Shown here one piece after another: positions 20,268-30,075 of a DNA stretch of 64,000 nucleotides (within the stretch, counting starts at the first letter, position 1; each line of letters begins with the position of its first letter). The stretch comes from an uncultured Pelagibacteraceae bacterium (GTDB lineage: Bacteria; Pseudomonadota; Alphaproteobacteria; Pelagibacterales; Pelagibacteraceae). A model generated the notes under the pieces. That model was given only the letters and a program-made list of their open reading frames with translations. It did no database searches and was not told the DNA's origin. Where the stretch lies: assembly GCA_902566365.1 (NCBI GenBank), contig CACFIH010000001.1:40537-104536 (forward strand), read 5' to 3'. Both the position numbers and the translations under genes were made by a program.

Positions 20268-21221
20268 TTAATTTACTTTATTTTTACAATTTCCTGTTTT
20301 GAAAAACTCATCAATATTATCAATCGCTAAGTTTGCCATAGCAATTCTAGTATCTTTAGTGGCACTTCCTAGATGAGGTAAAATAAATGCAGATTTAATT
20401 TTAAGATATCCTGGATTTAAATTAGGTTCATTTTTATAAACATCTAATCCAACTGCATAAATCTTTCTTCTATTTAACGCATCTATTAGAGCATCATCAT
20501 CAACAATATCGCCCCTCGCAACGTTTGTGATAACTGCTCCTTTTGGAAAAAATTCAACAGTTTCTTTGTTTATCATGTTTTCAGTCTCTTTTGTTGCTGG
20601 ACAACAGATAGATAAGACATCGGAAATGGAAAAAAGACTCTTTACGTCCTTATGGTAAATGGCTCCAAGTTCTTTCTCATCACTTAATTTTGATCGATTA
20701 TGGTAGTGAATTATCATCCCAAGTGACCTTGCTATTTTTGCAATCTTTTGTCCTATTCTTCCCATTCCTAAAATTCCTAGTCTTGTTCCAGTCAATTGTT
20801 TTCCAATTAGATAGTCTGCTGACCATTTCCAACCACCTTCTCTAGCAGACTCGATCCCTTCAGCTGCTCTTCTACAGGCACCTAAAATTAATAATATTCC
20901 AATTTCAGCTGTAGCATCTGATAAAACTTCCGGAGTATTTGTTACGGCAATACCTCTCCTTTGAGCTGCTTCTAAATCTATATTACCAAAACCGACTGCA
21001 AAGTTTGAAATGATTTTAATTGTATCTGGCAATTTATCAATTGTTTCCTTATCCATCTTATCTGTTAGTGAGGTTAATAATCCATCGCAACCATTACTCA
21101 TTTCTATTACTTTTGATTGAGAATATAATTCATCATTAGAATTAAATATTGGTTCAAAAGTTTTTGAAGCTTTGTCTTCGCTATCTTTGATAAGTTTTCT
21201 TGTAATCAAAATTTTTTTCAT
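20268..21221 (-). CDS. D-isomer-specific 2-hydroxyacid dehydrogenase (glyoxylate/hydroxypyruvate reductase-like)
   Basis: GMGRIG, NVARG, GLDVY, LPHLGSAT. Confidence 0.92.
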   Translation of the reverse strand: MKKILITRKLIKDSEDKASKTFEPIFNSNDELYSQSKVIEMSNGCDGLLTSLTDKMDKETIDKLPDTIKIISNFAVGFGNIDLEAAQRRGIAVTNTPEVLSDATAEIGILLILGACRRAAEGIESAREGGWKWSADYLIGKQLTGTRLGILGMGRIGQKIAKIARSLGMIIHYHNRSKLSDEKELGAIYHKDVKSLFSISDVLSICCPATKETENMINKETVEFFPKGAVITNVARGDIVDDDALIDALNRRKIYAVGLDVYKNEPNLNPGYLKIKSAFILPHLGSATKDTRIAMANLAIDNIDEFFKTGNCKNKVN

Positions 21222-21239
21222 AAAATATTTTTTAGATAA

Positions 21240-22613
21240 TCAGTTAAGATCGAATATCTTACCTGGATTCATGATATTGTTTGGATCTAATGTTCTTTTA
21301 ATTGATTTCATAACTGGAATATTATCAGGATGTTGCTCTAGTAAATACTCTTTTTTATGAAGCCCTACACCATGTTCACCAGTAATAGTTCCATTAAGCT
21401 CTAGTGATTTTTTTATTAGCGTATCGTTAAAAGACCTAATTTTTTTATAACTTTCTTTATTTTCTGGATCAAAAGGTAGAATCACGTGAAAATTTCCATC
21501 ACCCATATGACCTACCATTGGAGCTCTAACACCAAATTTTTCTGCTTGCTCTTCTGCGTATTTTACACACTCTGTAATCTTTGAGATAGGAACGCATACA
21601 TCGGTTGAATAAACTCTACCATTGTTAATTAGAGCTTTAACAGAATAATACACATCCCACCTAGCTTTCCAAATTTTATTTCTCTCCTCTAAATCTTTAG
21701 CCCACTTAAATGAGCTACCGTTGTTTTCTTTTGATATTTCCTCTACAATTTTTATATTTTCATTATTAGAATTTTCGGATCCATGAAATTCAAAAAATAA
21801 AGTTGGTACTGCCTTAATATCTTTTAGTTTAGAATAATTTATACTTATGCCCATTTGTTCTTTATTAAGCATCTCAATCCTTGCTATTGGCACACCATAC
21901 TGGATTACTTGTTGAGCCGTCATTACAGCATCCTCCAAAGAGGGAAAATGACAAACTGCGCTCATTATACTCTCGGGTATTGGAGATAACCTTAAATGAA
22001 CTTCGGTAATAATACCTAAAGTTCCCTCTGATCCAATAAATAGATTTGTTAAATTATAGCCTGCAGATGTTTTTTTAGTTCTGCCACCAGTTTTTATAAT
22101 ATCGCCGCTTGGTAAAACTACTGTAAGACCTGTAATAACAGTTTTCATGGTTCCGTACTTTACTGCCATTGTACCTGACGCAGAGGTTGATGCCATTCCA
22201 CCTAGAGCAGCATTTGCTCCTGGATCAATTGGAAAGAAAACTCCATCCTCTCTTAAATATTCATTCAATTGTTCTCTAGTCACGCAAGCTTGAACTCTAC
22301 AATCAAAATCTTCAACATTAACACTTAAAATTTTATTCATTTTCTCCAAACAAATGGTAATACCATTCTCATTACCTACTACATTACCCTCTAAAGAAGT
22401 GCCTGTTCCAAATGGAACAACAGGTATTTTATGCTCATTACATAATCTAAGTATTTTTGAAACTTCTTCATTATTTTCTGGAAAAACTACTGCTTGAGAT
22501 AAAATTGGATCATAAGTATCCTCTCCTCTAGCATAATTAGCTCTAGCAGATTCAGAGGTAGAAAACCTACCATTTAACATTTTTTTTAACTCCGCTTGGA
22601 CTTGTTCATTCAT
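21240..22613 (-). CDS. FAD-linked oxidase, D-lactate dehydrogenase/GlcD family
   Basis: PFGTGTSLEG, GSEGTLGIITE, GHMGDGNFH, GEHGVG, NIMNPGK. Confidence 0.9.
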   Translation of the reverse strand: MNEQVQAELKKMLNGRFSTSESARANYARGEDTYDPILSQAVVFPENNEEVSKILRLCNEHKIPVVPFGTGTSLEGNVVGNENGITICLEKMNKILSVNVEDFDCRVQACVTREQLNEYLREDGVFFPIDPGANAALGGMASTSASGTMAVKYGTMKTVITGLTVVLPSGDIIKTGGRTKKTSAGYNLTNLFIGSEGTLGIITEVHLRLSPIPESIMSAVCHFPSLEDAVMTAQQVIQYGVPIARIEMLNKEQMGISINYSKLKDIKAVPTLFFEFHGSENSNNENIKIVEEISKENNGSSFKWAKDLEERNKIWKARWDVYYSVKALINNGRVYSTDVCVPISKITECVKYAEEQAEKFGVRAPMVGHMGDGNFHVILPFDPENKESYKKIRSFNDTLIKKSLELNGTITGEHGVGLHKKEYLLEQHPDNIPVMKSIKRTLDPNNIMNPGKIFDLN

Positions 22614-22653
22614 ATTTAAGAATATTATAGAAAGAATTAGAAAAAAATAAATC

Positions 22654-23820
22654 TTAATTAGTTAGCATTTTCTTAATATTTTCTAGTGCTTGAGAAATAT
22701 TATCCCTAGAAGCTGCAAAACTAAATCTCACATAATTTTGACAAGTTTCACCAAAAGCTGAACCAGGTACAATCGCTACCCCAGCTTCATGCATCGCTTT
22801 TCTAGCAAACTCTGCGCCATTCATTCCAGTACCTATTACTTTTGGAAAAGCATAAAAAGCTCCTCCTGGCAGACTACACTCTACACCTGGTAAATCGTTT
22901 AAACCTTTATGAATTAAATCTCTTCTTTGAGTAAATTTTTCCATCATTTCATTAATCGAGTCATCTGGACCGTCTAGCGCAGCTATTCCAGCAAATTGAG
23001 CTGCCGCGTTCACACAAGAAACACTATTAATCAATAATTTATTAACATGATCGATTAAGTGTTGTGGCCAAAAACTCCAACCAAGTCTCCACCCTGTCAT
23101 TGAATATGCTTTGCTCCATCCCTCTAACACTATCAACCTTTCTCTTAATTCTGGATAGTGAAAAAAAGATGGCATTTCTTTATTATCAAAAATTTGTCTA
23201 CTATAAATTTCATCACTTAAGATTGTTACATGAGGATATTTTTTTAATCCATCAGCTAAAAAATCAATATCTCTTTTTTCAACAAAACTTCCTGTTGGAT
23301 TATTAGGATTTATTAAAATTAACAGTCGAGTTTTATCTGTAATCAAAGATAAAATTTTGTCAGGATTAAATTTAAGGTCTTTATCTTCTGTTAAATCGTA
23401 AGGAACGGCTTTGGAACCTGTATAATTTATCATTGACTCATAAATTGGAAAAGCTGGTGTGGGATGAATGATTTCTGCACCTGGCTCACCAAAACATTGT
23501 ATGGCATAATGCATTGTTGGTTTTCCACCAGGCATGATGAGTATTCTTTCAGAGTCAACATCAACACTGTAACGTCTTTTTATCCATCTAGTTACTGCTT
23601 GACGGCATTCAGGGATACCATTTGACATAACATATCCGTGATGTCCATCATCCAGTGCTTTTTTAGCTGCTTCTACCACATGTTTTGGAGTTTTAAAATC
23701 TGGCTGTCCCAATCCTAAGTGTATCATAGGTTTTCCTTGAGCTTCCAATTTTTTTGCCTCAGCAAGGACAGTAAATGCAGACTCAGTTCCTAATCTTTCT
23801 AGACTCTTAGCAAGTTTCAT
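22654..23820 (-). CDS. PLP-dependent class I/II aminotransferase
   Basis: NPNNPTG, SDEIY, SKAYSMTGWRLG. Confidence 0.93.
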   Translation of the reverse strand: MKLAKSLERLGTESAFTVLAEAKKLEAQGKPMIHLGLGQPDFKTPKHVVEAAKKALDDGHHGYVMSNGIPECRQAVTRWIKRRYSVDVDSERILIMPGGKPTMHYAIQCFGEPGAEIIHPTPAFPIYESMINYTGSKAVPYDLTEDKDLKFNPDKILSLITDKTRLLILINPNNPTGSFVEKRDIDFLADGLKKYPHVTILSDEIYSRQIFDNKEMPSFFHYPELRERLIVLEGWSKAYSMTGWRLGWSFWPQHLIDHVNKLLINSVSCVNAAAQFAGIAALDGPDDSINEMMEKFTQRRDLIHKGLNDLPGVECSLPGGAFYAFPKVIGTGMNGAEFARKAMHEAGVAIVPGSAFGETCQNYVRFSFAASRDNISQALENIKKMLTN

Positions 23821-23832
23821 ATTTTACCCCCT

Positions 23833-24984
23833 CTATTTTCTATAGATTAATTTTGAACTATTCAACTCTTTTAAATTCTTACATCCCATTAAAACCATAT
23901 TTCTGTTAATTTCATCGTGCATGTTTTTAAGTAAATGTTCAACACCTTGTTGACCACCTGCGGCTAAAGAGAACAAAAACATTTTCCCAAAACTACAAGC
24001 TTTTGCACCTGCAGCTATGGCTTTTAATACATGTGTTCCTCTCCTCACTCCACCATCGAGAATAATTTCTAGCTTATCTCCTACAGCATCGGAAATAGCT
24101 TTAATTTGATCAAAGGGAGATCTAGATCCATCAAGTTGTCTTCCGCCATGGTTTGAGATCATTATAGCTGTGCAACCTATGTCTATTGCTCTTTTCGCAT
24201 CTTCAACCGACATAACTCCTTTGAGTGCAAATGGTCCATTCCATTTTTTAACACAATACTCTGCATCTTTCCAGTTCATTGCTGGATCGTATTGTTCATT
24301 AATATATTCAATAACTGATTTAGCAATATTAGTCCCTTTGTCAGTTTTAGTAGCAACATTTGCTAATTTAAATTTACCATGAGTAAGATAATTTAACACC
24401 CAACTTGGATGAAGTGCAAAACTCATCAAACTTTGTAGTGTCAATTTTGGTGGAGTTGTAAAACCTGTTCGATGATCTCTTTCTCTATTGCCCGCAACTA
24501 AAGTATCAACTGTTAAACACATTCCATCAAATCCTGATCTTCTGCAACGATCAATCAAATCATTTGTAATAGATTGATCTTTATGAACATAAAGTTGAAA
24601 TAGTTTTGGACCACCTGAAACATTTGAGATCTCCTCTATTGTATTATTTGCCATTGTAGACATGCTATAGAATGTCCCAAATTTATCAGCTGCTCTAGCT
24701 GAGGCTTTATCACCATCGTGGTGATAAAGTCTTTGCATAGCACATGGAGACAAAAATATTGGCATATCTATTTTTTTTCCAAAAATTGTTGTTGATAAAT
24801 CAGGTTTTCCAACACTTGCTAAAACATTAGGAACTAGATCACAATCATCAAAAGAATTTGTATTTCTTTTTAGAGTTGTTTCATCATCAGCACCACCATC
24901 GATGTAGTGAAATATAGGGGAAGGCAATTTTTTTTTCGCCAGTTTTCTAAAATCATTAAAGTTGTAGCAATTTTTTAAACTCAC
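23833..24984 (-). CDS. FMN-dependent alpha-hydroxy-acid dehydrogenase/oxidase (LldD family), downstream paralog
   Basis: FHYIDGGADDE, SNHGGRQLD, DGGVRRG; GTG start overlaps the stop of the upstream paralog. Confidence 0.92.
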   Translation of the reverse strand: MSLKNCYNFNDFRKLAKKKLPSPIFHYIDGGADDETTLKRNTNSFDDCDLVPNVLASVGKPDLSTTIFGKKIDMPIFLSPCAMQRLYHHDGDKASARAADKFGTFYSMSTMANNTIEEISNVSGGPKLFQLYVHKDQSITNDLIDRCRRSGFDGMCLTVDTLVAGNRERDHRTGFTTPPKLTLQSLMSFALHPSWVLNYLTHGKFKLANVATKTDKGTNIAKSVIEYINEQYDPAMNWKDAEYCVKKWNGPFALKGVMSVEDAKRAIDIGCTAIMISNHGGRQLDGSRSPFDQIKAISDAVGDKLEIILDGGVRRGTHVLKAIAAGAKACSFGKMFLFSLAAGGQQGVEHLLKNMHDEINRNMVLMGCKNLKELNSSKLIYRK

Positions 24985-26135
24985 TATCGTCTAAATCTTA
25001 AATTATTTCTATTTAGATCTGATATTTTTGTACAACCCATTAATTTCATATCTCTTACTAATTCAGATTTATATAATTCAAGAGCTCTCTCAACACCTGG
25101 TTGACCTGCGGCCGCTAATGCATAAAGGTAAAGTCTTCCACCTGAACATGCTTTTGCTCCTAAAGATAATGCTTTAAGCATGTGAGTTCCTCTATGAATT
25201 CCTCCTTCACATATAACATCAAGTTTATCTCCAACAGCATCTACAATTTCTGCAAGCTGATCAAAAGGTGACCTTGATCCATCAAGTTGACGTCCACCAT
25301 GATTTGAAACCATTATACCTGTACATCCTATATCAACAGCTTTTTTAGCATCCTCTACACTCATTATTCCTTTTAATGCAAAATGTCCTCCCCATTGAGA
25401 GCAAAGTTTTTCAGCATCTTTCCAGTTCATAGATTGATCCAACATTGTAGAAAAATAATTTCCTATTGAAGAATTTGTACTTGTGCCTTCTTTTACAAAA
25501 TCTTGAAGGTGAGGCAATTCAAACTTACCTTTTGTTAAATAGTTAATCCCCCACATAGGTTTAGTGGCAAAACTAAATAAACTTGATAATGTTAATTTAG
25601 GAGGAGAAGTAAATCCAGTTCTAAGATCTCTTTCTCGATTCCCTCCTGTGATAGTATCAACTGTTAAAGCCATTACATCAAATTTAGCAGCTTTAGCTCG
25701 TTCTAAACAGGAATCATTTAAACCTCTGTCTTTGTGAAAATAAAACTGAAACATTTTTGGTGTATCAATCATAGATGAAATTTCCTCAACACTAACTGTT
25801 GCTAAAGCTGAAACACCAAACATAGTATTAAATTTTTTGGCAGCTTTTCCAACAGCTCTTTCACCGTCATAATGAAAAAGTCTTTGAAGTGCTGTTGGTG
25901 AAAGATAAAAAGGCAAATCTAATTTTTTTCCAAAGATCGTTGTAGATAGATCAACGTTTTCAACACCTCTTAAAACATTTGGAACTAAGTCTACATCATC
26001 AAAGGCACTTGTATTTCGTGCATATGTAATCTCATCATCAGCTGCTCCATCAATGTAATGAAATATAGGGGATGGTAATTTTTTTTTTGCTAATTTTCTA
26101 AAATCACTAAAATTATGACAATCTTTCAAACTCAT
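24984..26135 (-). CDS. FMN-dependent alpha-hydroxy-acid dehydrogenase/oxidase (LldD family), upstream paralog
   Basis: FHYIDGAADDE, SNHGGRQLD, EGGIHRG. Confidence 0.92.
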   Translation of the reverse strand: MSLKDCHNFSDFRKLAKKKLPSPIFHYIDGAADDEITYARNTSAFDDVDLVPNVLRGVENVDLSTTIFGKKLDLPFYLSPTALQRLFHYDGERAVGKAAKKFNTMFGVSALATVSVEEISSMIDTPKMFQFYFHKDRGLNDSCLERAKAAKFDVMALTVDTITGGNRERDLRTGFTSPPKLTLSSLFSFATKPMWGINYLTKGKFELPHLQDFVKEGTSTNSSIGNYFSTMLDQSMNWKDAEKLCSQWGGHFALKGIMSVEDAKKAVDIGCTGIMVSNHGGRQLDGSRSPFDQLAEIVDAVGDKLDVICEGGIHRGTHMLKALSLGAKACSGGRLYLYALAAAGQPGVERALELYKSELVRDMKLMGCTKISDLNRNNLRFRR

Positions 26136-26144
26136 AAGCTATTT

Positions 26145-26657
26145 TTAAAACTTCTTTAAGAAATTGAACATATAACTATTTGCCCCAGGATTTTTTTCAC
26201 CTAAACTTGCGTTGGACAGATGATTGTATGAAAATCCAAATTGACTTTCTTTAGGCAAATCCAGTGATAATTGTACTTCACTTTTAAACTCTAAAATATG
26301 TCCAAGATCTTTTCCATTGCCTTGATCATATAAACCAGGCGTGAAACTTGGAGTTAAATTTAAATTTCCAATTTTATACTGTGCTTGTACTCCTGTATAA
26401 AAATATGTAGCATTATCAGCAGTTATCATTGCACCTGTTATTGGTGATAAATTTCCCAAAAAAGTATTTCTATAAAGATTTTCATTTTGATGCTGGAATC
26501 CTATCAAAGTAGATCTTTTTCCATCATCACTAAAATCAAACATTCCTGTATAAATATTAAATTCAGTATTTTTTTTATCTAATTTTATTTCATCAGCTAT
26601 TAAATTAGAGCTCAAGAGCAAAATTATTAGAATTTGACTTAATCTTAAAAATTTCAT
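26145..26657 (-). CDS. PagL-like (acyloxyacyl hydrolase/lipid A 3-O-deacylase family) outer-membrane beta-barrel
   Basis: Signal peptide, HLSNA catalytic-type motif, NPG, terminal Phe. Confidence 0.75.
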   Translation of the reverse strand: MKFLRLSQILIILLLSSNLIADEIKLDKKNTEFNIYTGMFDFSDDGKRSTLIGFQHQNENLYRNTFLGNLSPITGAMITADNATYFYTGVQAQYKIGNLNLTPSFTPGLYDQGNGKDLGHILEFKSEVQLSLDLPKESQFGFSYNHLSNASLGEKNPGANSYMFNFLKKF

Positions 26658-26670
26658 AGATGAAATATAC

Positions 26671-27036
26671 TTAGTTTTTTTTAATAATAAATAACTTAAA
26701 TATTATTGCCCCTCCAATTAGGAATAACAAAAGCGGTAATAACCATAAAAAATAGGTTTTTTTTCCAAATTCTGGATCAAATAATATCCATTCTCCATAT
26801 TTTTCCTTGAGATAAAAGTAAATTTGTTTTTCACTCAAGCCTTCATCTAATTTATTTTTAATCAATAATTTTAAACTATTTGCAAACTCGGTGTCAGAAT
26901 CATATACAGATTGGCCTTGACAAACTAAACATCGTAAATTTTTTGTTATTTTACTTTCTAACTTATTATCTTGACTATGTCCTTGATGTAAACTGAATAT
27001 AAAAAAAATTATAAATATATATTTAAAATATTTCAT
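26671..27036 (-). CDS. ccmH: Cytochrome c biogenesis protein CcmH
   Basis: LRCLVCQGQS motif, YGEWIL. Confidence 0.93.
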   Translation of the reverse strand: MKYFKYIFIIFFIFSLHQGHSQDNKLESKITKNLRCLVCQGQSVYDSDTEFANSLKLLIKNKLDEGLSEKQIYFYLKEKYGEWILFDPEFGKKTYFLWLLPLLLFLIGGAIIFKLFIIKKN

Positions 27037-27551
27037 TTAATCAGTCTTTTTATTTCAATAACTGAACTTTCACTTAAAGGGCCAATAATTTTTTTTACAA
27101 TCATATTTTTTTTGACTAAATAACTCTCTGGTACTCCATAGGCCCCCCATTCAATTGCTATGATGCCATTTGGATCTAAAAAAATGATATCATATGGATC
27201 ACCTAAATCTTCTAAAAAAAACTTTGCATTTTTTATTTTATCTTTGTAGTTAAGGCCAACTATCTTTAAATTTTTTTCGTTTGATAAGTTCTTTAAAAAA
27301 ATATGCTCTTCTCTGCAGGGAATACACCATGAAGACCAAATATTAATTAAATAAAACTCATCTTTTTTAAAAAATTCTTTTGAATAAACCTCTTTTCTTT
27401 CATTAAGTTGTTTAGCGTTAAAAGAGGGTATTTCTTTGTTTATACCAATACGGGGGGTATAAATATTTGAATTTTTAAGACTTTTATAAAATACAATAAA
27501 AAAAATTATAAAAATAAAAGTAAAAACTATTGGATAAAATCTTTTTTTCAT
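27033..27551 (-). CDS. ccmG: Thiol:disulfide interchange protein CcmG/DsbE
   Basis: WSSWCIPCREEH, YGVPES. Confidence 0.93.
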   Translation of the reverse strand: MKKRFYPIVFTFIFIIFFIVFYKSLKNSNIYTPRIGINKEIPSFNAKQLNERKEVYSKEFFKKDEFYLINIWSSWCIPCREEHIFLKNLSNEKNLKIVGLNYKDKIKNAKFFLEDLGDPYDIIFLDPNGIIAIEWGAYGVPESYLVKKNMIVKKIIGPLSESSVIEIKRLIK

Positions 27552-29413
27552 TTTTTAAATAAACTTATTAATCCACCTGAAACAATCATTAAAATCGATA
27601 ACCAAATCCACAACATGAATGGTTTAATTTGATATCTAATATTTAAATATTCTTTATTTTGAACCAAATTCATTGTCATAAATTTATCCGTAAATATATT
27701 AGTTTTGATAAAAGCTTCACTAGTTGCAATATTCGGCTGATTATAAATCCTAAGTTCTGGCATCATAATTTCTGTATCACCAGTGGTATTTTCAATTATA
27801 AATTTACCAATGAAAGACTCGAAGTTTTTTTCTTTTTTTTGTTCCAAATTTTCAAAATGAATTTTAAATTTTTCTGATTGAAAAGTATCACCGACTTTTA
27901 AATTTGTAATCACTTCATTTGAAAAGATACTATTAAAAATAATGCTCAGTAAAAATAAACTAAAACCAAGATGAGCCATATTTTGAGCTAAGTTATTTAA
28001 TCTTTTTACCAATAAATCACTTAAAGAAATAAAAAATAAATAAAATATAAAGGCTATTAATATAGAATTTAATAAGAATTTTATTTCTAAGTTAACAACT
28101 ATAAATATTGATAACGATAAAGAAATAATGAAAAAAATAATTAAATTAATCTTGTTAGATAATCCTGATTTAATCCATTTCAATTTAGGTCCTATGGTCA
28201 TTGCTAGTAAAAACGGAATTAGAAAAGGAACAATTAATTTATGATAAAAAGGTGGGCCAACTGATATTTTTTCAGAAGATATTACATCTAAAAAAATTGG
28301 ATATAATGTACCAACCAAAACTACTGAAAGAAAATACATCATAAACCAATTATTAATTAAAATAGATGTTTCTTTACTAAGTAAAGAAAAAGAATTTTGA
28401 TAAACAGTTTCTCTATTATGAAAAAAGAAAAAAATAAATAATGATAAAAAAATTAAAGAGAATAGAAAAATCAATATAAATAGTCCTCTCTCTGGATCAT
28501 TCGCAAATGTATGAACTGAATTTAAAATCCCAGATCTTACTAAGAAAGTACCTGACATGCTTAAGGTAAAAGTTGTTATTGATAAAATAATTACCCAAGA
28601 TTTCAATAATAGTCTTTTTTCTAAAACCAAAATACAATGAATTAAAGTAGTTAGAGCAAACCATGGCATCAATGATACGTTTTCAACCGGATCCCAAAAC
28701 CAAAAACCACCCCAACCTAATTCGTAGTAGGCCCAAATAGAACCTAATAAAATTCCTAATGTTAAAAAGATCCAAGATGTAAAAACCCATACTTTAATAT
28801 GCTTGGCCCATTCTTTTGAAATATAGTTTAATGACATTGCTGATAATGCTGAAGAAAAAATTATTGAAGTCCCAACATAGCCTAAATATAAAACTGGTGG
28901 GTGTATAGCCAACGCAGGATCTTGTAAGATGGGATTCAAACCTAAACCTTCATCTGGAATTGGATATATATAATTAAATGGACTTGAAGTTTTTAACAAA
29001 AAAACAAAAAAACCAATAATTATTATTTGCTGGAATAACAAAGTGAGTAATCTATATTCCAACTTTTGTTCCCGAGACTTTAAAAGAAACAAAAAGATAA
29101 ATAAAGTAAGAACAAGTAACCAAAGTAATAAACTTCCTTCATGATTACCCCAAGTACCAGATATCTTATAAAATAAAGGTTTTGTTGTGTGAGAGTTATT
29201 GAACACTGTTTCATTGCTAAAATCTGAAGCAATAAATGAAATTATTAGTCCTAAAAAACTAACAAAAACAAAAATAAACTGTAAAAAAGTTAAAGGTATA
29301 ATTTTTTTATCTAATTTTTTTGGATTTCTAAAATTTATGACAGAAAAAAAACCTATTACTAACGATGAACAAGCACCAAAAATTAACGCATTAAAACCTA
29401 TTAGACTTGCCAA
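27548..29413 (-). CDS. ccmF: Cytochrome c heme lyase CcmF
   Basis: WGNHEGSLLLW, HPPVLYLGY, WAYYELGWGGFWFWDPVEN, SVHTF. Confidence 0.96.
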   Translation of the reverse strand: MASLIGFNALIFGACSSLVIGFFSVINFRNPKKLDKKIIPLTFLQFIFVFVSFLGLIISFIASDFSNETVFNNSHTTKPLFYKISGTWGNHEGSLLLWLLVLTLFIFLFLLKSREQKLEYRLLTLLFQQIIIIGFFVFLLKTSSPFNYIYPIPDEGLGLNPILQDPALAIHPPVLYLGYVGTSIIFSSALSAMSLNYISKEWAKHIKVWVFTSWIFLTLGILLGSIWAYYELGWGGFWFWDPVENVSLMPWFALTTLIHCILVLEKRLLLKSWVIILSITTFTLSMSGTFLVRSGILNSVHTFANDPERGLFILIFLFSLIFLSLFIFFFFHNRETVYQNSFSLLSKETSILINNWFMMYFLSVVLVGTLYPIFLDVISSEKISVGPPFYHKLIVPFLIPFLLAMTIGPKLKWIKSGLSNKINLIIFFIISLSLSIFIVVNLEIKFLLNSILIAFIFYLFFISLSDLLVKRLNNLAQNMAHLGFSLFLLSIIFNSIFSNEVITNLKVGDTFQSEKFKIHFENLEQKKEKNFESFIGKFIIENTTGDTEIMMPELRIYNQPNIATSEAFIKTNIFTDKFMTMNLVQNKEYLNIRYQIKPFMLWIWLSILMIVSGGLISLFKK

Positions 29414-29416
29414 AAT

Positions 29417-29836
29417 TTATTTACCCTCCATTGCAGCCTTCACTTCTGGAGGCATATAATTTTCATCATGTTTAGCTAAAATTTTAGAAGCAATAAAGAA
29501 ATTTCTATCTTTTAAATATCCTTCTGCGACAACACCTTTTCCTTCTTCAAAAAGATTTGGAACAACACCAGTGTAAATTACATTTATTTCATTCTTAAAA
29601 TCAGTGACTATAAAATTTATTTCATCTGAATTTATCAAAATAGAATTTTTTTTAACCATTCCGCCTACTCTTAATTTATTTTTTTGAAATTCTGGACTAT
29701 TTTTTATTTCCGAGGGAGATTTAAAATAAACTACATTTTCTTCTAAGGATTTTAATACAAGAAAAATTGATAAAACTAGTATTACAAAAATTGATAAAAC
29801 AAAAAAAAATCTTAATTTAACTTTTCGACCATACAT
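29417..29836 (-). CDS. ccmE: Heme chaperone CcmE
   Basis: [13 protein letters not shown] (HxxxY), PNLFEEG. Confidence 0.96.
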   Translation of the reverse strand: MYGRKVKLRFFFVLSIFVILVLSIFLVLKSLEENVVYFKSPSEIKNSPEFQKNKLRVGGMVKKNSILINSDEINFIVTDFKNEINVIYTGVVPNLFEEGKGVVAEGYLKDRNFFIASKILAKHDENYMPPEVKAAMEGK

Positions 29837-29847
29837 GTCTTATAATG

Positions 29848-30075
29848 TTAAATATTTGAAATATTAGATAATATCGCTCTATTTATACTTTGTGATCTAG
29901 CAAAAGATGCTTTCTCTGAATTTAAAGTTCCAAATTTCGATGCAAACTTCTTTTTTTCTTTAACATATTGAATTTTTGTTACAGCATAAAGTAAAGTAAA
30001 ACTTAAAAGAGTGAATGCAAATGCAGACCAAACATAAAGTCCATATCCATTCATATTTATTAATTCAATTATCAT
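29848..30075 (-). CDS. ccmD: Heme exporter protein CcmD
   Basis: MNGYGLYVWSAF single-TM protein between ccmC and ccmE. Confidence 0.88.
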   Translation of the reverse strand: MIIELINMNGYGLYVWSAFAFTLLSFTLLYAVTKIQYVKEKKKFASKFGTLNSEKASFARSQSINRAILSNISNI

